Source of the DNA: Octopus vulgaris
Taxonomy: Eukaryota
DNA: 64,000 nt
Reading direction: 5' to 3'
Assembly (NCBI GenBank): GCA_951406725.2
Contig: OX597836.1
Coordinates: forward strand, 2,480,001-2,544,000
Positions 27,090 through 41,824 of the stretch are shown here, one piece after another. The notes beneath the pieces were generated by a model that was not told the origin of the DNA, did not search any database, and was given only the letters and a program-made list of their open reading frames with translations. Numbering within the stretch: the first letter of the stretch is position 1; each line of letters starts with the position of its first letter. The position numbers and the translations under genes were made by a program.

Positions 27090-27278
27090 GTTTCCCCCTG
27101 CAACACAGCTTGACAACAGAAGCTGGTGTGTTTACATCATCGTAACTTAGGGGTTCAGCAAAAGATTCCGATAGAATAAGTACTCGGCTTATAAAGAAAA
27201 AGTTCTGGGGTCGATTTGCTCTACTAAAAGCGGTGCTACAGTATGGCTGAAGTCAAATGACTGAAACAAATAAAGGAA
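27090..27278 (+). mobile_element. Family C SINE, 3' half
   Basis: gcttgacaacagaagctggtgtgtttac...ccgatagaataagtact...gtcaaatgactgaaaca. Confidence 0.8.
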
Positions 27279-27332
27279 TATCTATCTATCTATCTATTTA
27301 TCTATCTCTCTCTCTCTATATATATATATATC

Positions 27333-27364
<32 letters not shown>

Positions 27365-27370
27365 TTTAAT

Positions 27371-27414
<44 letters not shown>

Positions 27415-28604
27415 GGTGTAGTCCTAATATAGTCCGATTATTGAACATACATATAATGAGAGATGTAATTCAGAAAATATATTTCGGAGTTAATAAAATA
27501 TGTATGAAATGCCGTGTTTGTACACATTCAACTTAGGAAAAATCGACTTAAATCCTTCCTATTTCTGTTGGAATAAATGAATTAAATATGATATATATCT
27601 ACTAAATACTCTTGTTATCAGATATTTTATAACCACTGGATAATCCATTCTACCACTTGTAGTGGATATCTTACTTTTTAGAGGCTGTCGGATAATTCTC
27701 CTTGTTGATTGCTATCCAGCATTTGCCATCTTAATCTAGCCAAGCTCTCTCATCCGTGTTGGCATTCGTTTTCTTTATTATGTTGCAGCTCTTTCATTAG
27801 CATTTTGCCAAGGGGTTAGCTCTCATTCATCTGTCTTTCTGTTTCTATCTTCTTTTTTTCCATAACGTTAAGAATATCCAAGATTTGTCTTAAGAACCTG
27901 CGTGTTCAAATTTAACGATTCCTATTTGTAAAGCAGTCGTTCGTGTTCTATTGTTTTTCGTGCAAAGTTGATTGAGTGTTTTTATTTCATTTAGTAGCTA
28001 TACACATTTAATAAAAAAAAACGTAAATGGAAGCTTATCCAATTATATTTAATTATCATGTCCCTTTGATGTTATATGTCAGACTTGAAAAAAAAAAATT
28101 AATACAGTGCTCGATCTGTTCGACTAACTCTGTTAAGGTGGTGCCCTAGCATGGCCAAGGTTAAATGACTTAAACAAGGAAAAATTAAAGGCTGTACAGC
28201 ATTGGTCCGGAACTTTAATCTAAACACTGGCTAAAGTTAAAGTGCGCGCAGTGGCATCGAACCAGGACCCAAGAGGCTGCAACGCCAGCTTCTCATGTAT
28301 ACGACCATTCATGCTGAGAAATTTATTTTCATATTCCAACCCTATAAAGTTGATCGTTTGAACAATTTTATTACTTTATCAATATGTGTTTGATGTAGTG
28401 TTTACTGATCAAATTAGAAAGAAAAAGGAAAAACATCAAAAACAAACAAATCTCATATTTTAAGTCATTTAAGGTACTTTTATATTTTTGCTATTTATTT
28501 CTTTAAGGTGACTGAAAATATGTTTTTGTGATAGAAGTTAACGCTTTCAAACAACTGATTTATTTGTAAACTAGGAGTCAGTTGAAAAGATGGATTACTC
28601 TCCT

Positions 28605-28920
28605 CTTTTGAATTGCGTAGCTAGAGTTTTAATTTTAAGTTATTGGACGGATGAGTTTGATCTTCAGAATTATGCGGCATATAATAATTATTGTTAAGTT
28701 CTACAAGGGAAACTTTGAACTTTGAACATAGTATTACGAGGGATGTGAGAAATATTCAAAACTTACTGGAAGGGAAAAAAAATTTCATCTATCGAATTAT
28801 GAGGCAATTGAGAATTATTTTAAAAGTTATTGGAATGGAAATATTGAACTATCGAATATACAAAGCCGATGAAAAGTATTTTAACGTTATTGGATAGAGT
28901 ACATTGAACTTTCGAATGTT
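28605..28920. repeat. Degenerate ~60-bp minisatellite, about 5.3 units
   Basis: Units start near 28605, 28662, 28727, 28789, 28849 and 28909 (ct.tcgaatta...gttattgga...ttgaa). Confidence 0.75.
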
Positions 28921-28963
28921 TAAATCGTGATTTACTATCGATTAATAAACTTTGATCTGTGTT

Positions 28964-29105
<142 letters not shown>

Positions 29106-29115
29106 GTATATATAT

Positions 29116-29459
29116 GTGAAGGCGCATGGCTCAGTGGTTAGAGCGTCGAGCTTACGATCGTGAGGTTGTGAGCTCGAATCCCGGGTCGGGCTGCGTGTTG
29201 TGTTCTTGAGCAAAACACTTTATTTCACGTTACTCCTGTTCACTCAGCTGTAGAAATGAGTTGCGACGTCACTGGTGCCAAGCTGTATCGGCCCTTGTCT
29301 TTCCCTTGGACAACACTGGTGGCGTGGAGAGGGGAGGCTGGTATGCATGGGCGACTGCTGGTCTTCCATAAACAACCTTGCCCGGACTTGTGTCTAGGAG
29401 GGTAACTTTCTAGGTGCAATCCCATGGTCATTCATGACCGAAGGGGGTCTTTACCCTTT
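29116..29459 (+). mobile_element. Full-length tRNA-derived CORE-type SINE (family B)
   Basis: A box TGGCTCAGTGG, B-box-like GCTCGAATCC, CORE-like ttgagcaaaacacttt, and tail tttacccttt. Confidence 0.92.
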
Positions 29460-29585
29460 ATATATATATATATATATATATACATATATACATACGTACA
29501 TACATACATTTCTCTGATGTAGTGCTGTTAGATAGGACTCAATATACATATGCTTCAGAAAAAATGCGTTAGTCGAGTAAAGAGC

Positions 29586-29690
29586 ATAATCAGAGATAAT
29601 ATAATTGAGAAAGAAACAAGAAAGTTTATAATGAATTTCATTAATTAACAGCTGTTTCGGTTATACTTTGGAATAGAGTCTTACTTGGCT
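29586..29690 (-). mobile_element. Penelope-associated repeat, inverted relative to 33660-33760
   Basis: About 100 nt reverse-complement match including gaaacagctgtt. Confidence 0.75.
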
Positions 29691-29777
29691 GCTGCGGGCA
29701 GGATGGAGGAGTGTTGGATTGTTGGTATGGCTGTTATTGTATCTCTATGTGTGGAATAATTTTATAAGACATCCATT

Positions 29778-29820
<43 letters not shown>

Positions 29821-29897
29821 TCCAAACGGGAAAACAAAAAAACAACAACAGTGGAACAATTAGTATTATTATTAATAGGCGCTCAGGAAATATGGAA

Positions 29898-29930
<33 letters not shown>

Positions 29931-30027
29931 ATATATTTATATAAATATATATATATATATTTATATAAATATATATATATATATGTATATGTATGTATAT
30001 GTATGTATGCATGTATATGTATGTACC

Positions 30028-30158
30028 ACGGGCTTCTTTCAGTTTCCCTCTACCATATTCATTCACAAGGCTTTGGTCGGCCAAAGGTGCGACGCGGTGG
30101 GACTGAAACCGGAACCATGTGGTTGGTAAGTAAGATACTCGCCACACAGTCACTCCTG
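30028..30158 (-). mobile_element. Family C SINE, 5' half
   Basis: acgggcttctttcagtttcc...gtgggactgaaaccggaaccatgtggttggtaag. Confidence 0.85.
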
Positions 30159-30369
30159 CTAGACTATATATATAATATACATCACATCTTCCTCAAGTCA
30201 TACCACGAAAGACATGTTGGGGCAAATCGCCTCTTGTACTTTGTTTTAGTCATTTCTGAACTCTTACTGAACCGGTAATTTAAGGGACGTAATCAAAATA
30301 ACATGTTTTGGCACTTCTGAGAGACATACACACACACACCCATACAGATAAACACGCACATGTATACAA

Positions 30370-30435
<66 letters not shown>

Positions 30436-31477
30436 CTAGCTTTTTGAATTTCACACATATGTACTGGAATGTAATGGAACGTAGACTATAGCCGGTGACA
30501 TTTCCCCAATCTACACTTGATCTTAAATCAGCCCGTTGGAAAGTACATTTCTTTCCACTTTTATGAATGTTAAGTTAGACATGGCCTGGGCCAATCCTTG
30601 CTCGAAACACATCTACATTATGTAAGTTATCTGTTTGTTCGTCTGTCTCTATATCTATCTATTTATCTGTCTATCTATTTTTCTGTACATTCATACAACA
30701 CATACGGGCACACACACACACATACATACACACACACATATATAAATACATACATGTTTGTATGTATATATGAATATACACGTATAACCTTATACAAACT
30801 CACATACATACACACTCGAAGCGTATATCATCATATAGGAAGTGATGTTGAGGACAGAATATGTCGTAGAATATAATATTTATTTAAACTGAGTTCTATT
30901 TCACACGAAACACGTTTCGCGCCACTGCGATTTTCAGGTGATGATATGTCTAGCTAGACGAATGGATAGAAAATGTGTTAGATAAACAGAGACACATGCA
31001 TTCGTAGAAGAATAACAAGAGAGATAAATGGAAATGTGAGAATAAAACATGTTAGATGTAAATTATATTCGGTAAACAAATGAAATTACATAAAGGTAGA
31101 TTACAAACCACTCAGCTATATGTTTCAATGTCTACATAAATATACCCGTGTGAGTATATGCATATATAAACACATATGTATGCATATATATACATATGCA
31201 TATATATATACATATATATATATATATACACACATATATATATGTATATATATAAACATATATATACATATATATACGTATTTATACGTACATATACGTA
31301 TATATATGTATATATATATATGCATATATTTATATATATACATATATATATATATATATACGCATATATATAGATATATATAGATATAGATATACCTCCT
31401 CCTCATTCTCCTTCTACCCCTCTTCATCCTCTTTATCATCATCATCATCAGTCAATTTTGTTATTATTATTATTATA

Positions 31478-31535
<58 letters not shown>

Positions 31536-31742
31536 TTTTTTTAAGTAGTTTTTCCCCCGTTTTGCCCTTTTTATTGCCATTTTCAATATCTCAATCGTGT
31601 CAGTTTGTCCCGATTCCCAGATTTTCAGAAGAAAAGATGTTTCATAAAAGTTTTTGGTAACTATTACATAAACGTGCACACACAAACACACACACACACA
31701 CATACACACACACACACGCACACACACATACACACACACACT

Positions 31743-31775
<33 letters not shown>

Positions 31776-32249
31776 GAAATTTGCAGAAAAACAAGAGACA
31801 AAGATAAGTGTATAAACAATGAACATGTGTATTATTGTGACGTTTCGAGCCTACGCTCTTCAGAAGATGAAACATTACAAGAAAAACATTTATGTTACCA
31901 CAACAATTGTTTCATCTTCAAGTTGCCCTGCTCCCTTGTGGACATAGAGTGACACAATAACACTAGATGCAACGCACAGTGCATAGAAAATTGCTTAGGC
32001 TGGATAACATCGATTTAAGCTGAGGGATTTGCATTTGAGTTTCGCTCTATTGAGAGATTTTAACAGTTACACAGACGCAGATACAAACAGACGTGCACTT
32101 TCTTACGTTTAAAGACATACAGACGCACACATTAATGATCATACCCTTTTGGAACACGCCAGCACACACCACATATGTGCATGCCAGTCAAATACACACG
32201 CACACCGCCATATATACATACAGAAACAAAATATGAAACAGACTAGTAA

Positions 32250-32445
32250 GGCAGTCAACTGGCTGAACCATTCCCACTCCGGACGAAAACCGTTATTATA
32301 TTCTGCCCCTCTTTACATTTTGAGTTCAAATCCTGCCTTTCACCCTTTTGGGGTCTATAAAAATGCACCAGTCTGGCATTGGGATCGATTTCAAGGACTT
32401 GCACCTTCCATCACATTTGCTGGCCTTCTACCAAAATTTTAATCA
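32250..32445 (+). mobile_element. Decayed family D SINE
   Basis: tttacattttgagttcaaatcctgcctttcacccttttgggg...ttgctggcctt..accaaaatt. Confidence 0.6.
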
Positions 32446-32551
32446 AATACGTGATAGACTAATAACATAGTATTTACTTACATCTTACATTAAGAGACCG
32501 AAAATATTCCTGGAGTTCGCCTTGCAATTGATTGCTACCGGAAGGATCATT

Positions 32552-32773
32552 GGTTTCAAATGTCGGCACTTGGCTAACAATCTCGGTTGAAGAAGCAAGC
32601 AACGACTTCGATCAAGTACTGGTACTTATTTCATCGATCTCAAAAAGATGGAAGCCAAAATCGACCTCGATGGTATTTGAAATCAGAACTTAAAGACGGA
32701 CGAAATGCCGCTAGATAAATTGTACGGCATGCTAACGCTTCTACCAGCTCGCCACCTTGCCAGCTCGCCGCCT
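32552..32773 (-). mobile_element. Decayed family D SINE
   Basis: ctggtacttatttcatcga...aagacggacgaaatgccgcta...gccagctcgccgcctt. Confidence 0.75.
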
Positions 32774-33256
32774 TATTTTATCACTTTACTATACATGTGA
32801 CATCTTGCACTCTTCATTTATCCTTTTTGAAGAACAAACATATAACGTTTCCCCTACTCGATTTTACCACATCATTATATTTGATCTAGTTAACAGAAGC
32901 CCATATTTTAATATTTTCAGCATTATAATATCCAAAATGTCCAGTATTTTTTAAAGATGACGATAGGGTTTCCAGTTGAAAGGGAGCCACCTACTATTTT
33001 TAACGGTTTGATCAAAAGAATAGCAGCTTCTCTCGCTGGGTTGAAAATTATTACCATTAGTGAAATAGTAAACAGACGACTTTTCTTCTCTTCTCTTTTT
33101 TTTTTCTCAAATTTCTGATCTCCCAGACAGGAGGAAAATATAGTAATTCAAAAGATTGCTATTAAGATATCACTAATATTTGTTTTGTAAAAATACTAGA
33201 ACAATACATTTCGTGCAAATTAGATTTTAACGGTAAACTTTGTTGGTTGTTTACAG

Positions 33257-33410
33257 AAAGTCTGAAATTGAAAAGATGGCGACCACCCAATGGTGGGAAG
33301 ACGTAACAGCAGACGACATTGAAAAGTTCGGTGGTTGGTGAACGCCACGGTGTATGAAATAATAAAGAGAGTAATTATGGTGTATTTGGAAGAAGAATAA
33401 CGAAGAAAAT
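33257..33410 (+). mobile_element. Probable RTE-type LINE 3' end remnant
   Basis: With one frameshift it reads KRWRPP-WWEDVTADDIEKFGGW, resembling KRGRPP.RWED.I..D; followed by a gaagaagaa-like tail. Confidence 0.45.
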
Positions 33411-33623
33411 TCAAATAATTGAAAGATGATATGATTGGGATGGGCGAAATAAATAATTATTTGTAATATTGGCACCAGACCAAATATACTTCTGCAAGGG
33501 CATTTCAGGTGAGGGCAGGTCTGTATTGTTACGGGTTCAGAGCTGAATCCGGCTATAAATACCTGAGAATACTTGACACACGTGAGGCGACGACGGAGCA
33601 CGCACAGACACACATATTTATGA

Positions 33624-33704
33624 GGCTCCGACGAAATTATAAGGTGATATACACGCATTCAAATAAGAGTGCATTCCAAGGTATAGCCGAAACAGCTGTT
33701 AGTT
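33624..33704 (+). ncRNA. Decayed hammerhead motif, same family as 25031-25113
   Basis: GGCT-CCGACGA...gcattcaaataa..gtgcatt...GAAACAGCTGTT-AGTT; the core is mutated. Confidence 0.5.
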
Positions 33705-33977
33705 AACGAAGTTCGTAATAAACTTTCTTGTTTCTTTCTCAATTATATTATCCCTGATTACGCTTAGACATACCTTACAATCTAGATGTATTGCAAAATT
33801 CGGCATTACTTAGAACTGCACGCATATTGCGTTAAGTACTGTTCGTCTGAGGCCATTGTTGTGACTTGACAAACAGTACAAACCCACGGTAGGCACAATA
33901 TCTTCAATCGACAACCTCATAATATTGCATACTGTGCGACGTCTATCGTAATAGTAACGATGAGGATGATAATAATG

Positions 33978-34032
<55 letters not shown>

Positions 34033-35218
34033 CAACAACAAAAGCAATAAGAAGAAGAAGAAAAAGAAGAAACAGAAAAGAAGAAGGAAAAGAATAAGAA
34101 TATAGTTATCACCATGATCCTCATCCTCCTCATCATCATAGTCGTTATCTTGATTATCACCAGTGTTATGAAATTTGGGAAACGTATGGTCGGGTGTCTG
34201 TGAGTTCGCACGTACTTTATTGTAACTTCTACTGAGATGGACAGTATTTTGATTAGCTCCACTGGGTACACTTAAGCAATGCAGCGTAAAAGGTTTTCTA
34301 ATTAGATAATTTGTACAGCTTCGTATCTAAAGCACTTAATTGTAATTTAGAACTCAATTAAGTAAATATTTGATTTAATTACTGTAGCATTGTAATATCA
34401 GATAATTTTGTGATTTCCATAGAGTGGAAGTTTTTACATAGTCATCTACGATCGATTTGTTTAAGAAGAAAACAATGAAGATATATTCAAGAGAGGGCAG
34501 AATATGAGAGGAAATCTGTGGGACTTTATGGGATGTTAAGATGTTTTGGAAACGGTCTTCATATGTGTGTGTACATTTATTCGTTCTCCCACTCATAACG
34601 AACCGATATATATATATATATGTATATATATGTGTGTGTGTGTGTGTGTGTGGTGTATACATGCATGTATATACACACACACACACATATATATATATGT
34701 ATATATACATATATTATATGTGTGTATAGATACATGTTTATATATATATATATAATTCTATAATTATAAGCATAATTATAATTAGGGTTCAGCAAAAATT
34801 GATTCACCACTTACCGAAATTTAGAAATAGTAGTTAATATTATATAAACCTTTCGTTTCTATAATAAGATACAAATATTATTTGGGGGTTTTCAACTTAT
34901 GTATTATGTACGTTTCCCTCTCTATCTGTGTATACGCACATATATATATATTTAGAGGATCCTATCTATATATTTTGAGAATCAACGCCGGTTGTCAAGT
35001 GGGGACAGAAGCACAAACGCAAAGACTTATATAGATACGCACTCATACAAATGTATACAGACATATGTGCATGTGCGTGAGCAAAACAGTGTATTGGTAG
35101 TGCCAGAATTCTGTAGTGCCAGAATTGTTTAATTTTGTTTTATGAGTTTTTATTTTGAAATGATCATAATAAAATGAGTGATTGCGTAATACGTCACATT
35201 AACTCCCGCTCATATATA

Positions 35219-35337
35219 CGACGGGCTTCTTTCAGTTTCCATCTAACAAGTCTTGGAATTCCACTCACAAGTCTTTGATGGGACCGAACCTGAGACCATG
35301 TGATTCTGAATCAAACGTGGTACCACACAGCCATGCC
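35219..35337 (-). mobile_element. Family C SINE, 5' half with internal deletion
   Basis: cgacgggcttctttcagtttcc...gggaccgaacctgagaccatgtg...accacacagccatgcc. Confidence 0.75.
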
Positions 35338-35643
35338 AGCAAATGGTTTGTGTGTTTCTGTATACGTGTGCATACGTAAAGAGAAATATACGCCGGGATA
35401 AACTCGAAAAATGAAGCTTCTTGAAGTGAAATTCTTTGAAACAATGTATAATGCTATCAATTCGTGAAAATATTACAAAAATAATGCCAGATTCCGTTCT
35501 ACGATAAGGAAATGCAATCGCATCCATATTTTATTGAAGTCAACTTCTAACATATCACATTGTCATTTTAATCTATCAACGTCGTATATATTTCTTATAC
35601 TCGGCAATGGTAATCACATTTCCGAACAGATGAGACAGTAGTG

Positions 35644-35688
<45 letters not shown>

Positions 35689-35936
35689 GTAGTAGTAGTA
35701 GTAGTGGTGATGGTGGTGGTGGTGGTGGTAGATTTTTTTAATATTTTTGATAGCAGATGCTATTTCAATGGTAGTAGGTTGTTTCGAAAAAACTATGATT
35801 CCTGCAGTTTCGGTGGCAGTAACTCTATTGTTAGTCGCTAGAGTGACGGCGACTGCTGTCCTTGAGCGGCTGATTACTTGTCACGGCCTCGTTCTGCGAG
35901 AAGCATGATTATTTTAAGATCATCTCATCAAACGGA

Positions 35937-35996
<60 letters not shown>

Positions 35997-35997
35997 G

Positions 35998-36122
35998 TTG
36001 AGAAAAAGGAGGCAGTCAGAATTTTTATTTCGATTTTGATTTTGCCTTCACGAATTCGTAAGCAACGAACGAAAGCGCTAATAAAAGATTATCCAAAATT
36101 CTGACTGCCTCCCTTTTCTCAA
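35998..36122. repeat. 125-bp foldback with 28-bp inverted arms
   Basis: 35998-36025 versus 36095-36122 are 27/28 complementary. An inner imperfect stem is centred on GAATTC. Confidence 0.9.
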
Positions 36123-36172
36123 TGGACAATACCTGTAAACCACTTCAAACACTCTATGCATAAGTGTGTGCG

Positions 36173-36213
<41 letters not shown>

Positions 36214-36560
36214 TATTTATTTATAGATACAAATATATATAGATATGTATGAATATATATGTGTGTGTGTATGTACATACACACACACACACACACACAC
36301 GCACGTAGACACAGATACATACATGGATACACGCACACAAGGAAACACATATACACACATACATATATATTCTTGTGTTATTTAGCTAAATTTGCCTACT
36401 TCTGCATATATACGTGCTTACTCAGGATATATATATATATATATTGTCTATGTGTGTGTGTACATGTGTGCGTGTGCGTGTGAGTGTGTGTAAAGTGTGT
36501 GTGTGTGTGTATGTGTTTGTCGATGGGTGTGTCTGTGTTTATGTCAAAGTACTTTTATGT

Positions 36561-36835
36561 AACGCAGCAGAATGTGAAGTAGATGTCGTTAGTTATATCT
36601 TTGTTTCTTTTTTCTATTATTTTCGTCATTGCGCATGCGTAAGAATCCGTGTGAGATTGTCAGTCGGTGAGTGAATATATGCGAGAGCGTGCTATTCGAG
36701 GGAGTCGAAGAGTGGCGGTGGCGCGGTTGGAGATATTCATTTCAATATGTATGACGTAAGATGACTCCATCCTCTCATCGCCCTTTCATCTTCTGACCGT
36801 ATTATAGCTATAGATAAACGCAGAGAGATTTTATC
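36561..36835. promoter_or_regulatory. Promoter/enhancer-like element, paralogous to 42796-43048
   Basis: Conserved blocks aacgcagcagaatgtg, tattcatttcaata, atgacgtaagatgact and catcgccctttcatct. Also GCGCATGCG (NRF1-like) and TGACGTAA (bZIP-like) motifs. The duplication is certain; the function is inferred. Confidence 0.4.
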
Positions 36836-36866
<31 letters not shown>

Positions 36867-37095
36867 GCTTTCTCTACATTACTCTATATAACATTTCACT
36901 CCGCCTTTCACTCCGTCTCACTCTCTCTATGTCCCTCTCTCTATCTCACTCTCAGCATTTCTCTTTCTCTGCCTTTCACTCTCTATGGCCTATTGGAATA
37001 TGAATTCAACAACGATTTATGATATTGGACTGTGTGAAGTTTTATTGATGGCGCTGCTATTAATAATGATGTTGGGGGTGTTGACGTTGCTCTTT

Positions 37096-37137
<42 letters not shown>

Positions 37138-37296
37138 TGTGTGTGTCAGTGCGTGTGTCAGTGCGCGCGCATGTAAAGTGACAGGGATAGATAAATAGAT
37201 ATACAGATGCATATAGATATATAAATATATGCACACATAGATATATATGAATACATACATACATACACACATACATACATACATACATACATACAT

Positions 37297-37427
<131 letters not shown>

Positions 37428-37461
37428 TGCAGATATAAACAGAAGTATATATACATCTATG

Positions 37462-37524
<63 letters not shown>

Positions 37525-37998
37525 TATGTATATATACATATGCATATGTATATGCCTATTTAATGCATTCATTTATACATAATATATGTGTGTGTGTGTG
37601 TGTGTCCGTTTATACATTCATGAACGCACGCACACACACAGACACAGATGCATATTTATACACATATATATATTGTGTCGTATATACCTACGAGTGTATG
37701 TGTTGCTTTAAGTACCGGTGATTGCCTAAATATAAGGATTCACCAAACGATTTGTTGCAGTCGTTTGTGATTTCTCTACCAGTTTACTACAGATCCACAC
37801 TAGCAATTATTATTAAAGACACTCTAATCATAACGAACCTATTTAGTCAGGGAATTAGGGAATACATTTGCATTTTCTTAGCTAAACTATGCTGCATACT
37901 ATAAAATAACTTACGTTATTATATATGTTGGTTTAAATGTATGAAAATACGTGTGTATATATATATATATACATACATATATATACATATGTATATAC

Positions 37999-38052
<54 letters not shown>

Positions 38053-38126
38053 GTTGAAATGGAAAGATGAATTATCTTGTTACGGATTCTGTACAATCTT
38101 CGTTCAACTCCATTTCTTCCATTCAC

Positions 38127-38356
<230 letters not shown>

Positions 38357-38587
38357 ATTGTTCTGAAATCTCTCACAGCCTTGGATTTTTATCTCACTCT
38401 GTTAATTTTTATATATATATGCATGCTAATATATGACCTACGTTGGACTTCTCATTCGCATAATCACCGAACTTGGAGCTTCACTATAGTCTGCCCATAG
38501 CACTTACTCAGCATTACCTGATACTTTTGTGTCTTCTTGACACCATTACCGCCAATAACCTATATATACATCTACATATACATATAC

Positions 38588-38623
<36 letters not shown>

Positions 38624-39387
38624 TTATATATTTCTATCACCTGAGGATCTAGCAAAAATTTTGTATTATTTTAAAAGAAATTTCGCATCTTGCATGATTG
38701 CAGATATGTTAGTAGTGTTTTTAACATTAAATATAATATCAGAAATTATTTACAGAAGTTACGAAAGAAGTTGCAGTAACATTTAAATTCTTACATACTT
38801 AAATAAACTTCCATGTAACTATTTCTTTCATATATGACGTTATATCTGTGTATGTACAGATATGCATAGATATATACTTACATATATGTGTGCGTGTGTA
38901 CTTATGTATGTATATGTTTAGATAGATGGATAAATCGATTGTTTGATTGTAACTGGCAGCGCACATATCAGTTTGTTAGAGATATATAGAATGACGTAAA
39001 CAATCAATTCTTTGTATATTGAATTATTTTCTTTCACAAAGAGAAAGAAATCAAACACCTAACGGCAGTAGTCAGAAGCTTTCAAAGAATAGCCGAGATA
39101 ATTTCAAGAAATCAATAATTATTATTTTCAGTTTAATTCATACGCTTTAGGAAAGGACAGATTGATTTTTAGCGCAAATCTATACATGCAGTTTGTATTA
39201 GAGCAATTAATGGTTTAGACGATGGGGAATCAGTTGTTCGATCAATTATTGATGCTGCTGTTAACATTAAGATCCTTCGTTTCTTGCGTGAGACTGCAAC
39301 ATTGTCTGTTTCTTTTATTTTATTATATTTTATTTTTTGTTTTTTGGCTTTTTAGCGTTCTTTCGTGTGATGTTGGCGGAGAGATAT

Positions 39388-39590
39388 CGGTTTCCGATTT
39401 TGGCACCAGAGCAGCGTGTTCGTGGGGAGGCGTAAGCTGCATGCATCGACCCATTGATTGGTACGTATTTTATCCACTTCGGAGGAATGAAAAGTAAAGT
39501 CAGTCTGAACGGAATATGAACTCATATTGTAAAGACGGACTAAATGCCCGCAAGCATTTTACGCGGTGCGCTACCGATTTTGCCAGCTCG
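39388..39590 (-). mobile_element. Decayed family D SINE
   Basis: gattttggcaccagagcagc...gaactcatattgtaaagacggac...tttgccagctcg. Confidence 0.7.
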
Positions 39591-39804
39591 GTTCATTATT
39601 GGTGCGCAAACATTAGATGTCGCTCTAATGATTTACTTCGATTTCCAACATGAGGAATCAATCAATATTCCAAAATTCCAACACGTAAACAACCCAATGC
39701 TTCTTATCTAAAACTACATTGCACACGTCAATGTGCCCATCTTATCTCGAAGTAAAATTTTTTAAGAGAAGCAAATTTAGCTGGTACTATTTCGTCATCA
39801 CAAA

Positions 39805-40070
39805 ATGAAAAGGGTAATGACAACCTTCGGGCACGAATGAAACCGGGGTGCATCTAGAATGTTCCCCTCCGTGGCATAAGGTCGGGCATAGCAAAGACCG
39901 ATACTGCTCGGCGCAGTGACGTCGCAAATCATTTCTACAGATGATTTTACTGGAGCAGCGTTAAATAAAGTGTCTTGCTCAAGAACACAACACACAGCCC
40001 GGTCCAAGATTCGCACTCTCAATCTCACCATTGCAAACTCGATACTCTAACCACTGATCCATATCCAGTC
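39805..40070 (-). mobile_element. Decayed family B SINE
   Basis: cagtgacgtcgcaa.tcatttctacag...aaataaagtgtcttgctcaagaacacaac...ctctaaccactga. Confidence 0.8.
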
Positions 40071-40338
40071 ACGAAGCATTGGTAAACCGTGGCTATTGTA
40101 GAAGACACCCATTTTGCAGCGCAATGGGACTGAACCAAGAACCTTGTTGTTGGTAGGTAAGCTTCATACCACACATCCGCATTTATTTATACATATATCT
40201 ACAGCTGCCTTCATCTATATCATGCTGCGTTTGCAAAACCGTAAATTGCAATTGAAAAATGATTACCCTTATTTAGATGCTGTATTTAGTAAGTCATGTA
40301 ACAGCGTAGCTGCGCCCTCATGCAGTTGTTGTTGTTGC

Positions 40339-40378
<40 letters not shown>

Positions 40379-40567
40379 ATCATTCTTACAAACGCTGTTG
40401 TTACTCTCTTCTATGCGCGGCCGAGTTTTATCACTTGACAGCCATGTTGTTTTTATCAATGTTTACGAGTCAACGATCTTGAATGCCTTTGTATACATAT
40501 CTGTGTATCTATATATCTATCTATCCATCTATCAATATATCTATCTACTTATCTATCTATTTATCTA

Positions 40568-40605
<38 letters not shown>

Positions 40606-41461
40606 AATATATATACGTACATACATACATACATACATACTTGCATGCATACATACATACAAGGTCAGAGTGGTTATTATTGCAGATGTTTATCCCAGTA
40701 GCAAGTTTGTATTAAGTCATCTTTGCGAAAAGCATCGGGTTCAACATTTATGTGAGATCATTTTCTCTGATAAGTCTTTGAAACTGCATCTACGTTTTAC
40801 TGAAGTCAACTACAAAAATATCAGATTGTCACATTAATAGCTAAATCGATGAATATTCTTCAGATATTTGTAATACATTTTTTTTTATTATAGTTGGGGC
40901 CATTATCACTTCCCTGATTGTCAAGATACTGTTAGTGATGATAATGATGATAATGATGATAATGATGATGATAATGATGATGATGATGATGGTTGATGTT
41001 CCTGTTGAGGAGTTGTTTGGTGGTGCGGTTAAAGTTATTCACTTCTTTCCTGCTGCGGTTTTTATCGTAATGTTTGTTAAAATATTATTATTGATTGCAC
41101 TGGCAATGACGAAATAATTTCTGACTTTTATGGGTAGGAAAAAAATATTCACCGCATCCTGTTGAAAGCGAGCAGGATATGTGGGTTTCGTTTAATGATC
41201 CTCAGTTTAAAAAAAAACAAAAAAAAAAAAAAAAGAATATGTATGTATGTATGCGTACGCATACACACATAGAGATGCTCAAATTAAATGACAGTCATTT
41301 TGTAATCCCATTTTGTATGCATTTACACATATAGGTGTATATGTATGGAGGTGATTGCATGGGCGTATAAACACATGCAGGAATAAATAATGTGAATACG
41401 TACGATTATATACACATATATATCTATATACGTATACATGTGTGTGTCTGTGTGTGTGGGT

Positions 41462-41700
41462 GGTGAAGGAACAGAGGTTAGTGATTAAGGTGTGTCACTC
41501 ACGATCGCTTCATCGTCAGTTCGAATCCGGACCGCATTGTGTTCTTGAGCCAAGCACTTCATTTTACGGTTCTCCAGTCTACTCATCTGTGAATGTTTAA
41601 GCGTGCGATAGACTAGCCTTCGGACTTAGGGGAATGCTGGCTTGCTTGACTAGCCAGCGGGGTGTCATCATTCGGTAGCTTAAATGTTGCAAAATGCCAT
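41462..41700 (+). mobile_element. Decayed family B-headed SINE
   Basis: gtgaagg...gttcgaatccggacc..attgtgttcttgagccaagcactt. Confidence 0.65.
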
Positions 41701-41824
41701 ATACATAGTGATATTCCGGTATATCTCATGAATATATCACGTTGATAACGTCAATATATATTCACATACACGCTTAAAGGTTATAAGCGATCTCAGAGTG
41801 ATGGATAAAGAAAATAGTATAATA

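Noticed and set aside
28605-28920. CRISPR-like array
   Set aside because: Units are homologous along their whole length with no unique spacers; the context is eukaryotic and there are no cas genes.
33257-33341. Apparent terminal exon or small ORF KSEIEKMATTQWWEDVTADDIEKFGGW* with acceptor and AATAAA
   Set aside because: Better explained as a frameshifted RTE-LINE C-terminus (KRGRPP.RWED motif, GAA tail). No convincing upstream exon was found, although it is not fully excluded.
35795-35908. 37-aa signal-peptide-like small ORF MIPAVSVAVTLLLVARV...
   Set aside because: It adjoins degenerate (GTA)n repeats, has no processing sites and no other support.
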